Shown piece after piece: positions 35,036-39,116 of a stretch of DNA of 39,116 nt (position 1 is the first letter of the stretch; the number at the start of each line of letters is the position of its first letter). The notes beneath the pieces were generated by a model. The model was not told where the DNA came from and searched no databases. It saw only the letters and a program-made list of their open reading frames with translations. The DNA comes from a virus (lineage: Duplodnaviria > Caudoviricetes), in IMG/VR virus record IMGVR_UViG_3300020045_005706, positions 1 through 39,116 of that record; one strand, 5' to 3'. Made by a program: the position numbers and the translations under genes.

Positions 35036-37606
35036 TTAATCCTCTTGTAGCTCAATATCAGTGAGCTTCGTAAACCTACCCTCTTTTTTATACCGCACAC
35101 CGATGATTGGCTTACAAGCCATATCGTAAGAGCGGTTCAAAATATCAGCAACGGTCGATACTTCCGCTGTTTCAAATGTTTTTAAATTACTGTAAAAATC
35201 CCGTTCATCATGAAAAAAGCCTTTAAGCATTTCAATGTTATGCGCACGCCAGCCTGATTTATCAGCACGAATCTGAAACCAATGATTGCCTATGTGCTCT
35301 TCATTGTTAAAAAATCGTAGCTTTAGCGACTTGCCACCTTTAGCCGAAACGTGTTCGCTAAAATCCCATGTTGTTACAGGCGAGTAATAATCCATTTCTT
35401 CCTGTTGATGCTGTAATAGCGGAACTGCTTCGGACAGGGGCGTGTATTTGTCATTACCACCGACAATGTAGAACTCTTCGCCGCACTCAATACAGTGTGT
35501 GGCAGTCAGTAAATTGTGCGTGTTGCACTTGATCTCTATGCCCTCAATTTCTTTGATTGCCTGACATTGTTTTGTTGGGCATTCGCCGTTACCGTTTGCT
35601 TTGATAATTGGGTTATCTATTGCTCCCAATCTGGCTATATTGGTTCCGAAATCTGACACGATAAAATCTTTTTTACCCTCGGCAGTTCTAAACCCACGTC
35701 CTACAGTCTGTTTTAGTTTGCTGTTGCTCATCGTGGCATAAAGCAATACTACATGGTCAATATCTCGAACATTGACTCCAGCCACGAACATTCCAACATT
35801 CACGAGATAACGCGGATTGTCATAGTCTATGGGTTCGCTAAACCATGCTAGTGATTCACTTCTATCTGTCAATGGTCTTCCTGATTCGTCTATTTCTTCA
35901 AAATCATCGTAGTTTTTAGATACGACTAACGCGCATTTAATACGATGACTGTGCAGTTCGTGTACGATCAATTCAGCGTTTTCTATAGTGCTTGCAAAGA
36001 TGATAGTTTTACCGCGTTGACAGTCAAAATTAGTGTTGATAATTTCCCGTATTGCCGATGGGATAATCTGTCTTAATGCTTCGCCCTCATCGGCTGTTTT
36101 AAAATCGCCATTGCTTGCCAGCTTGCATTGACTAACATCGGCATTAATAACAGTGTGCCGTGTTACTGGCATTGACAAATATTTTTGCTCAATCAGTTTT
36201 GCCGTGTCAGTTTTATAACAAATATCGGTAAAAAATGGCGGTGTTGGTTCGGTATCGCCACGTTTAACAACCGCCCAAAATAACCAGCCTTGCTTTAATC
36301 GGTACGGTGTTGCCGTTAAACCAACAACTCTACAGCGGGGGTTTTTAATAAGCAGGTCTGACAATGTGCGATGGTATTGCGTGTCATCGTATACACTGAT
36401 TAAATGGCAATTATGTACTAATACCCCTCCAGCGAAATAAGAAGGGTGTCCGCTGACTTGTAAATTGTACATAGGCGTATTGCTTCCTGATTTTTCAATC
36501 GTAACACCCTCCACCCTAACGATTTTAGAAAATTGTCTTTTTTCACGTCTAACAATTTTCTTTTCCCGTTGTGCGATTCCCCGTCCAGCTCTATAGCTAT
36601 TTTTAAATCCTTGTTGCCAATGTCTACCTTGTAGCAGTTCGGATAAACACCATTCCGATGTCCCGCATTCGTTTTTATCGGTAGCTCTGTTTCCCACCCG
36701 ATGCCTAAAATTTCTGCCATTTGTTTTTGCGGCTCTGTTAATTCTTTTCCATTGCCGCCATGGGTTATTGGTTTGTGACCAATTCTTTTTAATGTTTCGC
36801 TCATTTTTTCTTTTACTCCATCCATCCACATAGCATTCTCTTTCTTTTTGGAGCAAGAGATTGAGCAAAAACGGGTTATAAGAAACATTGATTTTGCTAC
36901 AATCCTTCCGTTTGGTCGAATTGGAGTTATTTTTCCTCCGCATTCTTCGCATATCTTGAATGCTAAAAACGCAATTCCGTTTTTCCAATTTTTCAACTCT
37001 AGTCCATCCGTGTTCTGTGAATATAGGATGGTTGTTTGTGGTCTCGATTTCTTTTCCATTGGTAAGTCTCACTTTGTAAATAGTATTGTGATTTTTAACT
37101 GAAACCGACATTACTTCTCCAGTTCCAGTGCTATTATATACTATGTCGCCGCTTCTCACTTCATTAATTTTCTTTTTTCCATTTGGTGTAGATATTAATG
37201 TTTCTCCAGAAAAGCACTCATCAATGACGACTAAATCAAACGCGCGTAAATCATGCAAACGGTTCGCCACTGTTTGGATTGATGTAAAAACTACCTGACC
37301 GCTTAAGTCATAACTTTTCAATCCAGCACAGCAAATACTTAAATCAACATGACCATCAACGCAATCAATCATTGCTTTGCTGTTTTGGTCAACAAGCGTT
37401 TCTGAGTGTGTCAGGTGTAAAACCCTACGTTTCCAGTTGACAGCATCAATGGATAAATCGACAAGCACGATTGATTTACCGCTCCCCGTTTCCATTTCAA
37501 TAATCGGCTTGGCGTTCTTGTCCTCCTTAAACCGCGCATAACACGCGACTTTAGCGTCTGACTGATAATAATGCGGTGTGATGTGTGATTTAAATTTAAG
37601 CATCAT
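35036..37606 (-). CDS. SF2 (DExH, RadD/YejH-like) helicase precursor containing an intein; 587 aa after splicing
   Basis: TGSGKS, split motif II VIDE|CH, GLTATPYR, Q.VGRG.R and a C-terminal Cys cluster. Confidence 0.92.
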   Translation of the reverse strand: MMLKFKSHITPHYYQSDAKVACYARFKEDKNAKPIIEMETGSGKSIVLVDLSIDAVNWKRRVLHLTHSETLVDQNSKAMIDCVDGHVDLSICCAGLKSYDLSGQVVFTSIQTVANRLHDLRAFDLVVIDECFSGETLISTPNGKKKINEVRSGDIVYNSTGTGEVMSVSVKNHNTIYKVRLTNGKEIETTNNHPIFTEHGWTRVEKLEKRNCVFSIQDMRRMRRKNNSNSTKRKDCSKINVSYNPFLLNLLLQKERECYVDGWSKRKNERNIKKNWSQTNNPWRQWKRINRAAKTNGRNFRHRVGNRATDKNECGTSEWCLSELLQGRHWQQGFKNSYRAGRGIAQREKKIVRREKRQFSKIVRVEGVTIEKSGSNTPMYNLQVSGHPSYFAGGVLVHNCHLISVYDDTQYHRTLSDLLIKNPRCRVVGLTATPYRLKQGWLFWAVVKRGDTEPTPPFFTDICYKTDTAKLIEQKYLSMPVTRHTVINADVSQCKLASNGDFKTADEGEALRQIIPSAIREIINTNFDCQRGKTIIFASTIENAELIVHELHSHRIKCALVVSKNYDDFEEIDESGRPLTDRSESLAWFSEPIDYDNPRYLVNVGMFVAGVNVRDIDHVVLLYATMSNSKLKQTVGRGFRTAEGKKDFIVSDFGTNIARLGAIDNPIIKANGNGECPTKQCQAIKEIEGIEIKCNTHNLLTATHCIECGEEFYIVGGNDKYTPLSEAVPLLQHQQEEMDYYSPVTTWDFSEHVSAKGGKSLKLRFFNNEEHIGNHWFQIRADKSGWRAHNIEMLKGFFHDERDFYSNLKTFETAEVSTVADILNRSYDMACKPIIGVRYKKEGRFTKLTDIELQED
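36410..37216 (-). mobile_element. Intein (269 aa, residues 131-399) inserted in helicase motif II
   Basis: Starts CFSGETLI, block B TTNNHPIF, block F MYNLQV, ends VLVHN followed by Cys+1; removal restores DECH. Confidence 0.95.
36418..37059 (-). CDS. Putative homing endonuclease (DUF559/Vsr-like) nested in the intein in the +1 frame
   Basis: CEECG...FCSISC N-terminal Cys motifs; T.P......L...E....YKVDI.....KIAIELDGESH....D.KKD.FL...GWRVLR nuclease motif. The start codon is uncertain. Confidence 0.85.
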   Translation of the reverse strand: MEKKSRPQTTILYSQNTDGLELKNWKNGIAFLAFKICEECGGKITPIRPNGRIVAKSMFLITRFCSISCSKKKENAMWMDGVKEKMSETLKRIGHKPITHGGNGKELTEPQKQMAEILGIGWETELPIKTNAGHRNGVYPNCYKVDIGNKDLKIAIELDGESHNGKRKLLDVKKDNFLKSLGWRVLRLKNQEAIRLCTIYKSADTLLISLEGY

Positions 37607-38103
37607 TTAATCCTCAAATGCTCAGCCTGCACAACCTCACACCCATCCACAGGCGTTCCAGCAATAATCAATGATTTAATCGTTGCTTTATCGGTTTGTA
37701 TCGTTACTATTTCGTGCTTAAAATCAGCTGGAACTTTTGACTCATCAAAAATATTCAACGCTTTTGGTGATGCTTGTACATTGACAGTTAGCCAAGGGCT
37801 TTTAACCTGCTTTTTACCAACTTTCTGCATATTATGCAGGAGATATGCTTTTATGCCGTCAATGCGATTTTCTATCGCTTTTTGACGTGCTAACATTGGG
37901 GCAATTGCCGCTTTTATCGAGTCAGCTTCGGCTTGCATTGACTTGATCACTTTGGCTGTGTTTATCACTTTGTCATCAAAATCAAGTTCGATTGATTCAA
38001 GCGTGTCAGCAATTAAATCCGTGTTAAATGATTGCTCAGGGTCGGTGAACAAGTCGAGAGCTGAGGTGTAAGCGTCGGTTAATTCGTAAAGTTTAATGCT
38101 CAT
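37603..38103 (-). CDS. Siphovirus Gp157-family protein
   Basis: KLYEL...DTLESI...K......IK...A, IKAYL..M, DK..IK and HLRIK C-terminus. Confidence 0.88.
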   Translation of the reverse strand: MSIKLYELTDAYTSALDLFTDPEQSFNTDLIADTLESIELDFDDKVINTAKVIKSMQAEADSIKAAIAPMLARQKAIENRIDGIKAYLLHNMQKVGKKQVKSPWLTVNVQASPKALNIFDESKVPADFKHEIVTIQTDKATIKSLIIAGTPVDGCEVVQAEHLRIK

Positions 38104-38273
38104 TGTGTTTTCTCCATAGCGTCATTTAACGCATTAAAAACATTTTCACGCTCATTTTCAAAATGTACAGGGTAATCATCGCGCTTATTTTGTGTAAGTC
38201 CTCTTAGAAAAATTACCTCATTATGTGTAAATTCAATCAAATAAGTTGTTTTTTTATTATTAAATTCTGCCAT
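38100..38273 (-). CDS. Small hypothetical protein (57 aa)
   Basis: GGAG RBS, MAEFNNKKTTYLIEF...; ATGA overlap with Gp157. Below the track cutoff. Confidence 0.65.
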   Translation of the reverse strand: MAEFNNKKTTYLIEFTHNEVIFLRGLTQNKRDDYPVHFENERENVFNALNDAMEKTQ

Positions 38274-38305
38274 TGTCTTTCTCCAAAAATTATTATTGTG
38301 GTTGT

Positions 38306-38317
38306 GCCGTCCTTGGC
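38306..38317 (-). promoter_or_regulatory. CsrA/RsmA-type ANGGA hexaloop hairpin
   Basis: Minus strand GCC-AAGGAC-GGC, with another AGGA upstream and the GGAG RBS downstream. Confidence 0.45.
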
Positions 38318-38332
38318 GTTTAGTCCTATTGA

Positions 38333-38821
38333 TTATCCATTTATTCCAGAGCCATGTTCTTTATGCCATGCAGTATGGCATTTAGAACAAAGCCAACGGA
38401 CAGTCATGGGATAATTGTAATCGTCATGGTGTCCGTGTAACCGTGATGGTGTGCTGTTGCATCCCTCACAATTTAATGGTTTTATTATTTTTCCATCACG
38501 GACGGCGTTTCCAACTATTGTGCTTGCAGCTCTTTTTATTACATTTTCTTCCGTCCATTTCTCTTTAGCTTTTTGACCTGCTATTTTCCCAGCTTCTGTT
38601 TTTGCATATTCAGACCTTGCTTTAATTCTATGTGGTAAATTAGCTCTTTTTTTCTCATACTCAATATAATGCTCCTTATTATTTTCAATACTGTTTTTTA
38701 CATCTGATTTAGTACATTCCTTGCATTTGTTCAAATGCCCATCTTTCATTTTACTGTGTTTATAAAAATCACTAATAGGCTTTTGTAAATTGCATTTAAA
38801 GCATATTTTTGTATTAATCAT
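38333..38821 (-). CDS. Free-standing HNH-type endonuclease with Zn-finger N-terminus
   Basis: KICFKC...K...FY......CKEC and CEGC......GHHDDY......WLC..CH..WH motifs; AT-rich. Confidence 0.8.
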   Translation of the reverse strand: MINTKICFKCNLQKPISDFYKHSKMKDGHLNKCKECTKSDVKNSIENNKEHYIEYEKKRANLPHRIKARSEYAKTEAGKIAGQKAKEKWTEENVIKRAASTIVGNAVRDGKIIKPLNCEGCNSTPSRLHGHHDDYNYPMTVRWLCSKCHTAWHKEHGSGING

Positions 38822-38879
38822 GGCTTTATCTCAAATTTAAAATAAAGCCAATTATAACACTATTAAAACGGAACTTCAA
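38819..38879 (-). promoter_or_regulatory. Promoter plus RBS-sequestering hairpin of the second HNH gene
   Basis: TTGAAG-17-TATAAT with TG extension; 9-bp inverted repeat TGGCTTTAT/ATAAAGCCA ending on the A of ATG. Confidence 0.7.
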
Positions 38880-38891
38880 ATATATACCGTT

Positions 38892-39116
38892 CTAATATGG
38901 CACATCCGAGTCATAAGGCGCATTAACGTCATGACTATCAATTTCAGGCAATGTCGGTTCTTCTGTTGTTGCACCTGCTTTTGGCATTACCCAAGACTTA
39001 ACAACATTTTGTTTTTGGTCGGCGTTTTGCCAGTGGTCACGCACGATAATATGAGCGTTAGGAGTTTTGCCTTTTAAATCTTTCGGTTCGACAATTTCAC
39101 CCGCAGCGTTTAATGC
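38892..39116 (-). CDS. 3' part of the SSB-like gene spanning the junction
   Basis: Ends ...LPEIDSHDVNAPYDSDVPY*, an acidic tail with terminal Pro-aromatic typical of SSBs. Confidence 0.75.
   Translation of the reverse strand, partial: ALNAAGEIVEPKDLKGKTPNAHIIVRDHWQNADQKQNVVKSWVMPKAGATTEEPTLPEIDSHDVNAPYDSDVPY
38996..39116. repeat. Terminal direct repeat, copy 2
   Basis: Identical to 1-121. Confidence 0.95.

Noticed and set aside
37059-37067. Iteron-like TTGGTAAGT overlapping the start of the nested endonuclease
   Set aside because: A single 9-mer match is plausible by chance in 39 kb, and it lies in coding sequence.
36848-37102. Third (antisense) ORF within the intein
   Set aside because: 84 aa with no motif; an expected shadow, unlike the +1 frame ORF.
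37133-37138. TATAAT (minus strand) as an internal promoter for the nested endonuclease
   Set aside because: No acceptable -35 or TG extension; the region is AT-rich coding sequence.
38996-39116. 121-bp end repeat as a biological terminal repeat or att site
   Set aside because: It is an exact copy falling mid-gene, which is best explained as assembler overlap on a circular or permuted genome.

Overview
The window is an apparently complete, circularly assembled dsDNA phage genome of about 38,995 bp; bases 1-121 are repeated exactly at 38996-39116 and one gene reads through the join. The virion module is P22-like (podovirus type): TerS, TerL, portal, scaffold, coat, head-tail adaptor, tail hub, ejection proteins and two fibre-like proteins. 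There is a GH19 endolysin/holin cassette. The replication/recombination set has no DNA polymerase and comprises a Sak4-like ATPase, an SSB-like protein, Gp157, SF1 and SF2 helicases, VRR-NUC, and an AEP-type primase followed by an iteron-rich origin. I recognised no integrase, CI-type repressor, tRNA or CRISPR array. Most notable: (1) the SF2 helicase carries a 269-aa intein whose endonuclease (Cys-motif plus DUF559/Vsr-like) is encoded wholly inside it in the +1 frame; (2) a miniaturised, internally deleted paralog of the phage's own coat protein lies between scaffold and coat, with similarity continuing past its UGA stop; (3) an RNA-level control layer made of two free-standing HNH genes each with a promoter plus RBS-sequestering hairpin, a kissing-loop leader/terminator, CsrA/RsmA-type AAGGA hairpins and a candidate anti-SD small RNA; (4) a DfrB/R67-like SH3 protein between DUF3310 and PAPS-reductase-family genes. 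All family calls come from motif recognition by eye; no database search was run.
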